A DNA stretch of 64,000 bases, from positions 2,272,001 through 2,336,000 of the forward strand of contig CAXXIA010000002.1 in assembly GCA_963666985.2 (NCBI GenBank). The letters run 5' to 3'. The translations under genes and the position numbers were made by a program. Under the pieces are notes generated by a model. It was not told the origin of the DNA, did no database searches, and saw only the letters and a program-made list of their open reading frames with translations. Source of the DNA: Spirochaetia bacterium (GTDB lineage: Bacteria > Spirochaetota > Spirochaetia > DSM-2461). Position 1 is the first letter of the stretch. The number at the start of each line of letters is the position of its first letter. Below, in pieces: positions 36,970 to 47,001 of the stretch.

Positions 36970-38010
36970 ATGAAGATGACAATAAAAGACATCGCGCGTC
37001 TGTGTGATGTTTCCGTGACAACCGTTTCTCGCGTGCTGAATAATAAAACCGACTCCATAGGCCGGGAAACCGTTGCGCGCATCCGTGAAAAAATTGAGGA
37101 AGTCGGCTATCGGCCCAACAGCGTGGCCAGGAGTATGATAACCGGCCAATCCCATACGATAGGACTTGTTGTTCCCGATAATTCCAATCCTTTTTTTGCC
37201 GAGCTGGCGCGGAGTATCGAGGATATCGGTTACGCCGAGGGATACAGCGTTATTCTCTGCAATTCCGATTACAGCGTGAAGAAAGAATTGGCCTATGTCG
37301 ATGCGCTTATCGCCCGCCAAATTGACGGCATAATTTATATTTCAACGGGTCAATCCGGCGATACCTCCCGGAAAATGCAGGGGAATGGGGTTGCGTTCGT
37401 TGAAGTGGGCCATAACATCGTCGGTTCCAGTTTCGGAGTCGTGTCAATCGATTACGCGAAGGGCGGTTTTCTGGCCACATCTCATCTGATTGGGCTGGGA
37501 CATAAAAGAATCGGGTGTATCGCGGGGGGGATTGTCTATACCCATAGCGAACAGAGACTGGACGGATACAAAAACGCGCTGGAGACGGCGGGAATGGAAT
37601 CCGATCCCCGCCTTATCGTATCGGGTGATTTTCGTCTGGAAGGCGGAGAACGCGCGATGCAAGAACTCTTGGCGCTTAAGGAACCACCCTCGGCCGTTTT
37701 CGCGTTCAACGACATGATGGCATTGGGCGCCATCCGCGCCGTGAAGGCGAGCGGTTTCAGAGTTCCTGAGGACATTTCGATCGTGGGTTACGACAATATC
37801 GGCTTCGGCCGGGTTATCGATCCTCCTTTAACGACAATCGATCATCCCGTCGCCGCCGTTGCCGATGCCGTAATGAATTTACTCTTCAGAAATATCATGA
37901 AAAAAAGCGGTCTTCCTGAAAACCGGTCTGAATTTCAGGGTATCGAACCTCGGCTGATAATCCGGGAATCCGCGACAAGGCGGAATCCGGATATCGAACA
38001 GGAAGCATAG
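36970..38010 (+). CDS. LacI-family transcriptional regulator
   Basis: TIKDIARLCDVSVTTVSRVLN, YRPN..AR, NPFF, NDMMALG, VPEDISIVGYD, LTTI. Confidence 0.95.
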   Translation: MKMTIKDIARLCDVSVTTVSRVLNNKTDSIGRETVARIREKIEEVGYRPNSVARSMITGQSHTIGLVVPDNSNPFFAELARSIEDIGYAEGYSVILCNSDYSVKKELAYVDALIARQIDGIIYISTGQSGDTSRKMQGNGVAFVEVGHNIVGSSFGVVSIDYAKGGFLATSHLIGLGHKRIGCIAGGIVYTHSEQRLDGYKNALETAGMESDPRLIVSGDFRLEGGERAMQELLALKEPPSAVFAFNDMMALGAIRAVKASGFRVPEDISIVGYDNIGFGRVIDPPLTTIDHPVAAVADAVMNLLFRNIMKKSGLPENRSEFQGIEPRLIIRESATRRNPDIEQEA

Positions 38011-38164
38011 GAGGTTCTTATAGAGAAAAGTGCAGTAATCGGAGAATCAAATTGGATAGCCGGAAGAGAGTGTGGACGGGAGACCACGGCACGATCCCCC
38101 GCCCACGATGAGTCGACTCTGCAGTCACAAACTCTCTTTGATTGTACCAAACCTGGAGTAATCA

Positions 38165-39442
38165 ATGAAACGAATTTTAACACTCGGCATCGCGGCGGCT
38201 CTTCTTATCACCGCGCTGCCGCTCTTTGCCAACGGCGCCGGTTCCGGAGAATCGTCCGAAGAAAAGCCGGTTAATCTTACATGGCTGATCCTGGAATTCT
38301 GGAATCCCGATACCGTTATCGCGGCTTATCAGGAGCTTCATCCCAATGTCACGATAGAAGCGGAGAAAGTGGGCTGGGGCGACTTTTTCCAGCAGAACCA
38401 AATCAGACTGATGTCGGGAGAGGGCGATCCGGATATCGTGAGTATCGATCTTCCCTTGGTCGCATCTTATGGGGCTCGCGGTTGGCTTGAACCTTTGGAT
38501 GATGTTATAAGCTCCGAAGATAAATCCCGCTGGATTCCGGCGGCCGTCGAATCGGGAACATACAACGGAGCATTGCTGGCCGCGCCTCAGCATACCTCCA
38601 CTCAGCTGCTTTTCGTTAATAAGGATCTTCTTGAATCAAAAGGAATTACCCCTCCCGGAACGGATGATCGCCTAACCTGGGAAGAGGTTCTCGCCGCGGC
38701 GCAAGCTGTTTCCGAAGGGGATATTCGAGGATTCAATTGGGAACAAAACACCGCGATTTATCAGCTGCAGCCCCTGCCTGTTTCCTTGGGCGGGAAATGC
38801 ATCGGAGAGGACGGTTTAACCGTCGAGGGTTTTATCAATTCCCCCGAGTGGATTGAAGCTTTCACGTTTTACAAAGATGTCTACAACAAGTATGGAGTCG
38901 CACCCAAAGGCGATACTCCTGCCGCGGATCTGTTCGCGTCGGGAAAGCTGGCGATGTTCGTCGGCGGTCCCTGGAATATCCGCCGTTTCGCGGCCGAAGC
39001 GCTCCTTTTCGACTGGACTGTGTCCCGGCATCCTTATTTTGAACAAGGAGAGATTGTTACTCCCACGGGAAGCTGGCATTTCGGCGTAAACGCGGCCGGT
39101 GAAGATAAAAAGGCGGCCGCCGAATTCGTCCGTTGGCTGACCGCCGGAGAAGGCGCCGGTCTTTGGTGGAGTAAAGACAGTTATGACATGCCCGCGCAGA
39201 TAGCGCTGCTTGAGTCTTTCAATACGATTGAGGATTTCCAAAAACCGCCTCTTTCTTTCATGAAAGTCGCCGCCGCCGAAGCGCGGGTCAATCCGGTTCC
39301 TCGGCCCGTTACGCCGGGATTCCTGGAGTACGATCAGCTGCTTCAGGCGGCGTTCAGCGATATTCGCAACGGGGCGGATCCGAAAAAAACCCTTGATACC
39401 GCCGCCGGACGCATTTCTTCGGAAATGAATAAATATCGATAG
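38165..39442 (+). CDS. Carbohydrate/nucleoside ABC transporter substrate-binding protein (CUT1)
   Basis: Signal peptide ending PLFANG; HPNVTI, PDI, NKDLL, FASGKLAM, GPW. Confidence 0.88.
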   Translation: MKRILTLGIAAALLITALPLFANGAGSGESSEEKPVNLTWLILEFWNPDTVIAAYQELHPNVTIEAEKVGWGDFFQQNQIRLMSGEGDPDIVSIDLPLVASYGARGWLEPLDDVISSEDKSRWIPAAVESGTYNGALLAAPQHTSTQLLFVNKDLLESKGITPPGTDDRLTWEEVLAAAQAVSEGDIRGFNWEQNTAIYQLQPLPVSLGGKCIGEDGLTVEGFINSPEWIEAFTFYKDVYNKYGVAPKGDTPAADLFASGKLAMFVGGPWNIRRFAAEALLFDWTVSRHPYFEQGEIVTPTGSWHFGVNAAGEDKKAAAEFVRWLTAGEGAGLWWSKDSYDMPAQIALLESFNTIEDFQKPPLSFMKVAAAEARVNPVPRPVTPGFLEYDQLLQAAFSDIRNGADPKKTLDTAAGRISSEMNKYR

Positions 39443-39482
39443 GAGATGATCCATCGGGACCCGGCCCCGATGGATCGATCAA

Positions 39483-40343
39483 ATGAATAAAGATAAAATC
39501 GTTCCGTATACGCTGATTGCACCGGCTCTGCTGTTACTGATTCTCTATAGGTTCTGGCCTACGGTTCTGGGACTTCATGAAAGTCTGTTTACCACGTCTT
39601 TCGCCCAGGGCGGAAAAAAGATTTTCATTGGTCCGGGAAACTTTATCCATTTGTGGAATGATCCGGTTTTCTGGAGTTCGGTAATCGCGACAGTCTTATT
39701 TAACGTGATAGCGAATCCTCTTCAAATCTTTCTTGCTTATATCCTTGCGGCTTTGCTGAACCGAAAGGTGAAGGGAATTAATTTGTTTCGAGGCCTCTTT
39801 CTTATTCCGGTGGCCATATCCATCAATGTTTCTTCCATCATCTGGAAGCTGATGCTGGATTCCGGAGGACTGGTGAATGGAATCTTGGATCGGATGGGAC
39901 TGGCGCCTCAGCCCTTTCTGCTGTCCGTCGATCAGGCGCTTTGGTCCGTTATCTGGATTTCTTCCTGGATCGGCGTGCCTTTTTGGTCGCTGTTTATATT
40001 AGCCGGGTTTCAGAGCATTCCGCGGCAAGTTTATGAAGCCGCCGCCATTGATGGTGTTTCCTCTCCACAGAGAACTTTTCGAATCACTCTTCCTTTGATG
40101 AAAAACTCCCTGGCCTTTGTTCTTATCGCGGACACCGTCGCGAATTTTTTATTGTTCACCCCCGTGCTGCTTTTAACCGGAGGAGGACCGGAGCTGTCGA
40201 CCAATGTCGCGATGTTTGAAGCCTATAGAAGAGGGATGATATACGGAGATTTGGGAACGGCTTCGGGTATTGTCATGATGCTGCTTTGCTTAATCATTAT
40301 CGTCGTCGGACTTCAGTCGCTTTTATTCCGGGAAAAGAAATGA
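39483..40343 (+). CDS. ABC transporter permease (CUT1)
   Basis: Hydrophobic; EAA loop AGFQSIPRQVYEAAAIDG..FRITLP. Confidence 0.92.
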   Translation: MNKDKIVPYTLIAPALLLLILYRFWPTVLGLHESLFTTSFAQGGKKIFIGPGNFIHLWNDPVFWSSVIATVLFNVIANPLQIFLAYILAALLNRKVKGINLFRGLFLIPVAISINVSSIIWKLMLDSGGLVNGILDRMGLAPQPFLLSVDQALWSVIWISSWIGVPFWSLFILAGFQSIPRQVYEAAAIDGVSSPQRTFRITLPLMKNSLAFVLIADTVANFLLFTPVLLLTGGGPELSTNVAMFEAYRRGMIYGDLGTASGIVMMLLCLIIIVVGLQSLLFREKK

Positions 40344-41191
40344 AAAAAAACGGAACTTATTCGGTTTCTCACCGGATATTGACCTATGCCTTTCTCTTTA
40401 TCGTATTCATCATCGTGTTTATCCCTTTGTTATGGTCGCTTTCCGCTTCGTTCACGCCAAATAATCGAATCTATGAATATGTCGCGCCATTTTCCTGGAA
40501 AGCCTTTGTTCCGGTGGACTTTACCCCGGAAGCGTATGGGATTCTCTTCGGTGAAAGAGGATTCGGAATCGTTGTTTTAAGAACGCTGGTTATATCTCTG
40601 CTGACGGTCGTGTTCGGGGGAGTCGTCGCTTTTGCCGCCGGCTTCGGTTTCGCGAGATTCCGTTTCCGGGGCAGAAATCTTCTGTTCGGTTTGGTGATGG
40701 TTTCCTTCATGGTTCCCATCGAGGTTACCGTATTGCCCCTTTATATCATGATTGTTCACTCCGGCTGGGTGAACACATGGCGGGGGGTTGTTATTCCGGG
40801 ACTGGCCAACGGGCTGGTTATTTTCCTTTTTCGGCAGTTCTTTATGGAAATCCCGGGAAGTATGCTGGAAGCGGCCCGCGTCGACGGAACCTCCTGGCTC
40901 AGAATCCTGAGAAGTATTGTCTTGCCCGTTTCTCTCCCGGTAACGATAGGCGCGAGTCTTATTCTGTTTTTGTCGGCGTGGAATAACTATTTCTGGCCTC
41001 TTCTTGTGGCGACCAAACCCCGTTTTCGGCTCGTGCAGGTGGCCATTTCCATGGCCATTCAGCAGCAGCAGATTTATTGGAACGAACTTTTTGCCGGGGC
41101 TCTTATTGCCGCCTTGGTACCGATCGTTATCGTTTTGCCCCTGCAGAAATACTACGTTCAGAGCGTCGTTTCTTCGGGAATTAAGGGATAG
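40340..41191 (+). CDS. ABC transporter permease (CUT1)
   Basis: FLFRQFF.EIP..MLEAARVDG, WNNYFWPL. ATGA overlap with the upstream gene. Confidence 0.92.
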   Translation: MKKNGTYSVSHRILTYAFLFIVFIIVFIPLLWSLSASFTPNNRIYEYVAPFSWKAFVPVDFTPEAYGILFGERGFGIVVLRTLVISLLTVVFGGVVAFAAGFGFARFRFRGRNLLFGLVMVSFMVPIEVTVLPLYIMIVHSGWVNTWRGVVIPGLANGLVIFLFRQFFMEIPGSMLEAARVDGTSWLRILRSIVLPVSLPVTIGASLILFLSAWNNYFWPLLVATKPRFRLVQVAISMAIQQQQIYWNELFAGALIAALVPIVIVLPLQKYYVQSVVSSGIKG

Positions 41192-41199
41192 GTTCCGGA

Positions 41200-42108
41200 A
41201 TGAAAAGAATCCCCGTGATTATCGACACGGATATCGGTACGGATATAGACGATACCTGGGCCGTTCTGATGGCCCTTAATTCGCCCGAACTGGATATTAA
41301 ACTCATCGTTTCTTCCACCGGAGATACAATTCTTCGGGCGGCTCTTCTGGCGAAATTTCTGGATCGCTGCGGCCGTACGGATATTCCGATAGGCATCGGG
41401 ATTCCCTTGGAAGTCAGCGGACATTACCAGAAAGGATGGATTGGAGATTACTCGATAGAGCGCTATCCGGGAAGGATTTTGGAAGACGGTGTTGGAGGCA
41501 TCATTGAAACCATTATGTCTTCATCGGAAGAAGTAACCGTTATCGGAATGGCGCCTCTTCCCAATATCGGTTCGGCATTGAGACGGGAACCGGGCATCGC
41601 GAAGAAATCCCGGTTTGTCGGAATGCACGGAAGTCTCTTTAAAGGATATTTTGGAGCGGATGAGGCCGTCGCGGAATTTAATGTGCTGAAGTACCCTTAT
41701 TCCTGCAGGGATGTTTTCGCCGCTTCATGGGATGTTACGATTACGCCTCTCGACACATGCGGTTTGGTGCAGCTTAAAGGCGATCGCTACCGGCAAGTGT
41801 CTCGAAGCGGATCGGCCGGGCCGGTCTCGGTTATGGAAAATTACAGGATTTGGACGGAGTGCAACGATCATCCCAAGTACCACGGATTCAATCCCGAGAT
41901 TGAGAGTTCCATACTCTACGATTCGGTCGCGGTGTATTTGGCCTTCAGCGAGGAACTGCTTGATATCGAGGAGTATGGGATTTTCGTTACGGATGACGGT
42001 TATACGCGGATTGATTCCGGCCGGAAAAAGATACGCTGCGCAACGGGCTGGAAAGACCAATCCCGCTTTGAAGATCTTCTTGTTCGGAGGCTGCTGGGAA
42101 ATCCGTAA
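41200..42108 (+). CDS. Nucleoside hydrolase (IU-NH/Rih family)
   Basis: DTDIGTDIDD Ca2+-binding motif, APLPN, AEFN, PLD. Confidence 0.88.
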   Translation: MKRIPVIIDTDIGTDIDDTWAVLMALNSPELDIKLIVSSTGDTILRAALLAKFLDRCGRTDIPIGIGIPLEVSGHYQKGWIGDYSIERYPGRILEDGVGGIIETIMSSSEEVTVIGMAPLPNIGSALRREPGIAKKSRFVGMHGSLFKGYFGADEAVAEFNVLKYPYSCRDVFAASWDVTITPLDTCGLVQLKGDRYRQVSRSGSAGPVSVMENYRIWTECNDHPKYHGFNPEIESSILYDSVAVYLAFSEELLDIEEYGIFVTDDGYTRIDSGRKKIRCATGWKDQSRFEDLLVRRLLGNP

Positions 42109-42190
42109 TGCAATCATAGGAAACAAGGCCGCGAAGAGACTCCGTTCGCTTCTCATGTTGCAAGGGAATGTTCGCATGGTATGATCAGTC

Positions 42191-43042
42191 ATGCTGCGAA
42201 CCTACGTTGAGATTACCGGTAACCGGGAACTTCGAGATTTCTGCAAGAGCCTCGCCGATCGAGGTATAACGCGTCTTGCCGTGGATTTCGAGGGCGAGTT
42301 TAATTTGCACGTTTACGGCGAGAAACTCTGCCTGATTCAGGTTTACGATGGACGGGATTTTTATCTTATCGATCCTCTCGGTATTTCCAAAGATGCCCTG
42401 TTCGATTTCTTTTCCATTAAGGACATGGTGTACTTTTTCTATTCCGCCGATTCGGATATGAGCCTGATTTACAAGCAGTATGGAATTAAGATGCGTTCGG
42501 TTTACGATATCCAGCTTATGGTTGAGGTGCTGAATCTTCCGAGCAGGGGACTGGACGGCGTTTTATCCTCGGAGCTGGGAATCGTCGTGGAGAAAAAGAG
42601 CCGGTTCCAGCGTCATAACTGGACTTTAAGACCCATCGATGAAGACGCGAAACAGTACGCCCTGAACGACGTGGCGTATCTTTTCGAACTGCATAAAAAG
42701 CTTATGGTGAAAATAAAGGACCGCGATCTCTTCGAAGCGTTGGTGTTGAAGCTTGTCGCTTCGGCAAAGGATTTCGATAAGAAGAGTGTTCCCGGGATTT
42801 TTAAAACCCAGGCATATAAACAGATGAGCAGGGCAAGAAAAGCCGTTTATAAGAAGATTGTCGAAATCAGGGAATCGTACGCGAAAGAACTCGACGTTCC
42901 GGCTCATCTGGTTATTCCCAAGCACGATTTACCCGATTTGGCCGAAAATCCCGGAAAGATTCGGAACATACGTTTCCATAATCGGGTTCCCGGGGAGATG
43001 AAGGAACGGATCGTAAAGGACGTCTCCGCGATAAAACCGTAA
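42191..43042 (+). CDS. rnd: RNase D-like 3'-5' exonuclease with HRDC domain
   Basis: AVDFEGE (ExoI), LCLIQ, YD.Q, NW..RP, YALNDV (ExoIII), RE..AKELDVP HRDC segment. Confidence 0.8.
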   Translation: MLRTYVEITGNRELRDFCKSLADRGITRLAVDFEGEFNLHVYGEKLCLIQVYDGRDFYLIDPLGISKDALFDFFSIKDMVYFFYSADSDMSLIYKQYGIKMRSVYDIQLMVEVLNLPSRGLDGVLSSELGIVVEKKSRFQRHNWTLRPIDEDAKQYALNDVAYLFELHKKLMVKIKDRDLFEALVLKLVASAKDFDKKSVPGIFKTQAYKQMSRARKAVYKKIVEIRESYAKELDVPAHLVIPKHDLPDLAENPGKIRNIRFHNRVPGEMKERIVKDVSAIKP

Positions 43043-43123
43043 AGCATCTTTTTAGCGTGGTGTTCCGGAAATTCTAAGACGGCGAAACGGCGGTTTAATG
43101 GAACGAATTGAGGCCGCGGATAG

Positions 43124-43315
43124 GAAAGGAACGGCGCGGCGGCCGGTATCGGCACTACCTCCAATGATATTGCTGCCGCGGAAAGTAAATTTGCAGTTGG
43201 CTTAGATCCCCTTGTTGATCCTCGTTAGTTCAGCGGCAGGATTAATGAGGTAAGATTGTTCAAGTATCAGCTGACCGCCGATGAGATTTCTGATATCTAC
43301 GATTCGGAGAAGTGA
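43124..43315 (+). pseudogene. Remnant of a LamG/concanavalin A-like domain gene
   Basis: Manual translation gives NG...FAVG..PR*FSGRINEVRLFKYQLTADEISDIY, matching the LamG C-terminal pattern; in-frame TAG at 43226, no start codon. Confidence 0.6.
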
Positions 43316-43478
43316 TGCGCAGCCAATAACGGCCGTCACTTACGTTGCTTGTTCTCCCCTCCTTCCACCGAGGGATGGGCCGGCTTCGCTTAATCTATGG
43401 GATTTGAAGCTTCGGGATCTGATGATTTCGCGATTGGCTTCCACGCGGGGATGGGTGGAAGCATGTAATCATCTATCA

Positions 43479-44822
43479 TCAAAATATCAGGCTCCACCAT
43501 CCTCGATAAACAACGATGATGCTAAAAAGAACAATAAGAGTCAGAATTTTCGCATAGCGCAGGATTATGCCGCTTTTAAAATACTCGTTTCCCTCGCCAA
43601 TAATGATAATGACATGGTGAAAAGGAAAAAAAAAATGGGAACAGATACTGGTATAAATTAGGAATATCAGTATCTTCGGATCAATAATCCCCGAAGTGAT
43701 TGACGCGAGCCCCGGTACCACGATGGACATTGTTGTGATATTACTCCCAAGAATCATGTGCAGAAACATTGATATCCCTGTTACGGCGACAATCGGCATC
43801 AGTGTTCCGTTTCGCGGGATAAGGTTTGAAAATTTGGAGAAGAGTATAGAAGAAACTCCGCTTGCTTCCAGAGCAGGTCCAATGGCGAATGCCGCCGTTA
43901 AGAAAACCATCAATTCGAAATTTACGGATTTAATATCTTTTTTACCCAGCATACCGACTGCGAACATCAGCGCCGTACCTGCTGTTACGATAATGGCACC
44001 ATGTATTTTGTGGAAATCTTCCACCGCCCATAGAACAATAACCGCCAGTATAATTATGAGATTTGTTTTTTCTTTCGCCGTAAGGCGCAATTTTTTCGGT
44101 TTATTACTTGGAGGCTCTTTAAGAGGGCTAAAATCAGACAACTTTTTCCTGAAGGTGAAGAGAAATCCCGCAGCCGCCAAAAGGTAGAAAACAAAGGAAG
44201 GAACAGTCATTGCTTTTATCCATTCAAACTCCGTGATATCAAGGTTTCCCATAATCAGTATGGCGTTGTTTAAGATGATATCTCCCCGGATTAAGAACAT
44301 ATTAACGAAGGCCGAAGAGGCAAAAATCCAGAAGAGCAGAATTGACTTCAGTTCGGCATTTATTCTTTTTCGTTCAAGAAATTCGGAGAAAATCATTGCA
44401 AGCAGAATCACTCTGGAAAATGGCTGAGGAATAATAAAAATAAAAAGAATCTCCGCAAGGAATAAAACCGCCATGAAACGATGGGTATTGAGGGTATATT
44501 TTTCTATCAGCGGCTGTACCAGTTTTGCGGAGAGTCCGCTGTTGAGAATTCCTTGTGAGAACAGAAAAGAAAAAAGAATAGTCACAAAATTGGCTGATAA
44601 AGGGAAATGAAAAACCTTGTTAACAGGCAGTTCACTGAAGATTAAAAAAGCAAGCAGTAAAAAAAGAGAAGAGTAGAGTTTCCTTACCGCACCGGTAACC
44701 CATAGGATTATCGTTGCCGCCGTTGAAGAAAGAATAACAGTTTGTTCGACTGAAAGGCCGATCCAGAAAGCCATAGTCATAACGATAAGGACCATGAGAA
44801 TTGAAAGTGTATGCTTCAGCAT
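43479..44822 (-). CDS. SLC13/DASS-like anion permease (ion transporter superfamily)
   Basis: Very hydrophobic 447 aa with IPQPFSR, N..NA, W..AM.VP and H..LGS helical-hairpin-type segments. Confidence 0.7.
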   Translation of the reverse strand: MLKHTLSILMVLIVMTMAFWIGLSVEQTVILSSTAATIILWVTGAVRKLYSSLFLLLAFLIFSELPVNKVFHFPLSANFVTILFSFLFSQGILNSGLSAKLVQPLIEKYTLNTHRFMAVLFLAEILFIFIIPQPFSRVILLAMIFSEFLERKRINAELKSILLFWIFASSAFVNMFLIRGDIILNNAILIMGNLDITEFEWIKAMTVPSFVFYLLAAAGFLFTFRKKLSDFSPLKEPPSNKPKKLRLTAKEKTNLIIILAVIVLWAVEDFHKIHGAIIVTAGTALMFAVGMLGKKDIKSVNFELMVFLTAAFAIGPALEASGVSSILFSKFSNLIPRNGTLMPIVAVTGISMFLHMILGSNITTMSIVVPGLASITSGIIDPKILIFLIYTSICSHFFFPFHHVIIIIGEGNEYFKSGIILRYAKILTLIVLFSIIVVYRGWWSLIF

Positions 44823-44932
44823 CTATAAGTTACCTAATTTTTTTTGTCGAAAATGATTCTTGTATATAAAGCGGAAATTTGCCGAAATGTTAAGTGAGAT
44901 CTTCGTGTTTTCACACGAAGATTCTCGTTCTA

Positions 44933-45826
44933 TTAAGCTATTAGGCAGGTTAGTGCCACAGCCAGAATCTTATTCCGGGCGGAATCCGTTCGTGAGGTCA
45001 TTACTATTGGAACTTCCGCACCCATAACAGCGGCGCCTACATCTTTTTGAGCGATGAATGTAATCGCTTTATGGAGGATATTTCCAACTTGAATATCCGG
45101 AACAATCAGTATGTCTGCATTTCCGGCAACTTCACTTGATATCCCTTTTCTCTCTGCGGCTTCTCTTGATATAGCATTGTCCAGAGCAAGAGGACCGTCG
45201 AATGTCGCTCCGGAAATTTGTCCCCTATCCCCCATCTTGCTGAGGATCGCGGCGTCCAGCGTTGCGGGCATTGCCGGATTAACATTTTCAAGTGCTGAGA
45301 GAAAAGCCACTTTGGGGTTATCCAATCCAAGCTTATGTGCAAGTTCGATGCAGTTTTCGGTTATCTGCTTCTTTTCCTGTAATCCCGGATTGATATTCAT
45401 GGCGCAGTCTGAAACAAGAAGCAGCCCGTCTCCGTTCGGTTTGTTTAATACCGATATTTGAGATATCAGTTTTCCCGTGTTTAGTCCTCTTTCTTTATCA
45501 ACAACGGCTTTCAAGAACGTCCCGGTATGGAGGAGTCCTTTCATAACGGAGTGAGCCTCGCCCGTCCTGACGAGTTCTACCGCTTTATAGGCCGCTTTAG
45601 CATGGTTCGGTTCATCAATTATCCGATAGCTGCAGTCTTTATTGTATTTCCCGGCGATATCTTCAATTTTCGATTTGTCTCCGACAAGAATAAAATCGGC
45701 AATACCTCTCTTTACGGCTTCCTCGGCGACTTCGAGCACCTCAATATCCTCTGCGGCAGCAACGGAGAGGGTTTTTGGGGGAGATTCAATAACAATATCC
45801 AATATATGGTTAAGGTTTTTAATCAT
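44933..45826 (-). CDS. ptb: Phosphate butyryltransferase (second copy)
   Basis: MKGLLHT, DCAMNI, DGPLALDNA, VAGNADIL, TSRTDS. Confidence 0.92.
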   Translation of the reverse strand: MIKNLNHILDIVIESPPKTLSVAAAEDIEVLEVAEEAVKRGIADFILVGDKSKIEDIAGKYNKDCSYRIIDEPNHAKAAYKAVELVRTGEAHSVMKGLLHTGTFLKAVVDKERGLNTGKLISQISVLNKPNGDGLLLVSDCAMNINPGLQEKKQITENCIELAHKLGLDNPKVAFLSALENVNPAMPATLDAAILSKMGDRGQISGATFDGPLALDNAISREAAERKGISSEVAGNADILIVPDIQVGNILHKAITFIAQKDVGAAVMGAEVPIVMTSRTDSARNKILAVALTCLIA

Positions 45827-45843
45827 TTTTTTTCCTTTTGTAC

Positions 45844-46911
45844 TTAGTAAGTTTTAGCCGCTTCTTTCCCATGGAGATACCGGAGTGCGTTCTCCGCTAA
45901 CGAAAGCATTTCGTTTTCACCGGCTCTGATATACATTGGGGCAATAAACTCGGTTCTTTTTTTTATCCAGGAAACAATCCTTTCGGAATGAGCAAGACTT
46001 CCGGTAAGGATAATGGCATCTATATATCCCTCGAGCACACAGGCGCAGGCTCCAATTTCCTTGCATATCTGATACGTCATGGATTCCAGAACCTCAAGAG
46101 CATACTCATCCCCATTTATGATTTTTTCTTGCACTTCCAAAACGCTGTTTGTTCCGAGGTATGACATCAGTCCACCTTCACCTTTGATTTTTTTTACCAT
46201 TTCCTGTTCGGAAAACTTTCCGGAGAAGCACATCTTGATTAAATCTCCCGCTGGAACAGTCCCCGCTCGTTCAGGTGAAAACGGTCCGTCGCCGTCAAGT
46301 GCATTATTTACATCAATAACCTTTCCCATTCTGTGGGCGGCTACGGAAATTCCTCCTCCCAGATGAGCGACAATCAGGTTCAATTTTTCATAAGGAATCC
46401 CAAGTGTCTCGGAAACATTCCTTGCGGTTCTCTTTTGATTCAAAGCATGAAAAGAACTGATTCTTGGGATTTCCTTCATGCCTGAATAACGCGCCAAAGG
46501 TATAAACTCATCGGTAACGGGAGGATCGGCCACAATTACGGGTATCTTGTATTCCTGACCAATTTCATAGGAAATTATGTTTCCAACACTGGTCGGATGG
46601 GATCCGTATCGTTCGCTTTTCATATCTTCAACCATCTCTTCATTAAGAATGTAGATACCTCCTTCTACCGGTTTTAGAAGACCTCCCCGACAAGAAATGG
46701 CATCCAGAGTGGAAAGACTGATGTTATTTTTTTTCAGAACCTCAAGGATTTTGCTTTTTCTGAAATCCGTTTGTTCCCAGATTGTAATAAAGGGCTTGAG
46801 TTCATCTTGAGAGTGCGAGATGGATTCAGAGAAAACTTCCGCCATCTCGGAATAGAGGGACACCTTCGTAGAGGTGGAGCCCAGATTTATAATGAGAATA
46901 TTTTTTTTCAT
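45844..46911 (-). CDS. buk: Butyrate kinase (second copy)
   Basis: NLGSTSTK, RGGLLKP, FHALNQK, AHLGGGISV, GPFSPERAG, GENEM. Start at MKKNIL. Confidence 0.93.
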   Translation of the reverse strand: MKKNILIINLGSTSTKVSLYSEMAEVFSESISHSQDELKPFITIWEQTDFRKSKILEVLKKNNISLSTLDAISCRGGLLKPVEGGIYILNEEMVEDMKSERYGSHPTSVGNIISYEIGQEYKIPVIVADPPVTDEFIPLARYSGMKEIPRISSFHALNQKRTARNVSETLGIPYEKLNLIVAHLGGGISVAAHRMGKVIDVNNALDGDGPFSPERAGTVPAGDLIKMCFSGKFSEQEMVKKIKGEGGLMSYLGTNSVLEVQEKIINGDEYALEVLESMTYQICKEIGACACVLEGYIDAIILTGSLAHSERIVSWIKKRTEFIAPMYIRAGENEMLSLAENALRYLHGKEAAKTY

Positions 46912-47001
46912 GGCTGCTCCATTTGTGAACGAATAGAACACTGCAGGGATGATTCCCTGCAGATCAATTAGTACGAATTTCTTATGGTGTTTTTTTTGTT
47001 T

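Noticed and set aside
43626..43635. A10 homopolymer as a phase-variation site
   Set aside because: It encodes a Phe run in an intact membrane-protein frame within AT-rich DNA; no evidence of slippage.
43281..43661. 126-aa plus-strand ORF
   Set aside because: It overlaps the DASS permease 3' end on the opposite strand, has no motifs, and its 5' part is better explained by the LamG relic in another frame.
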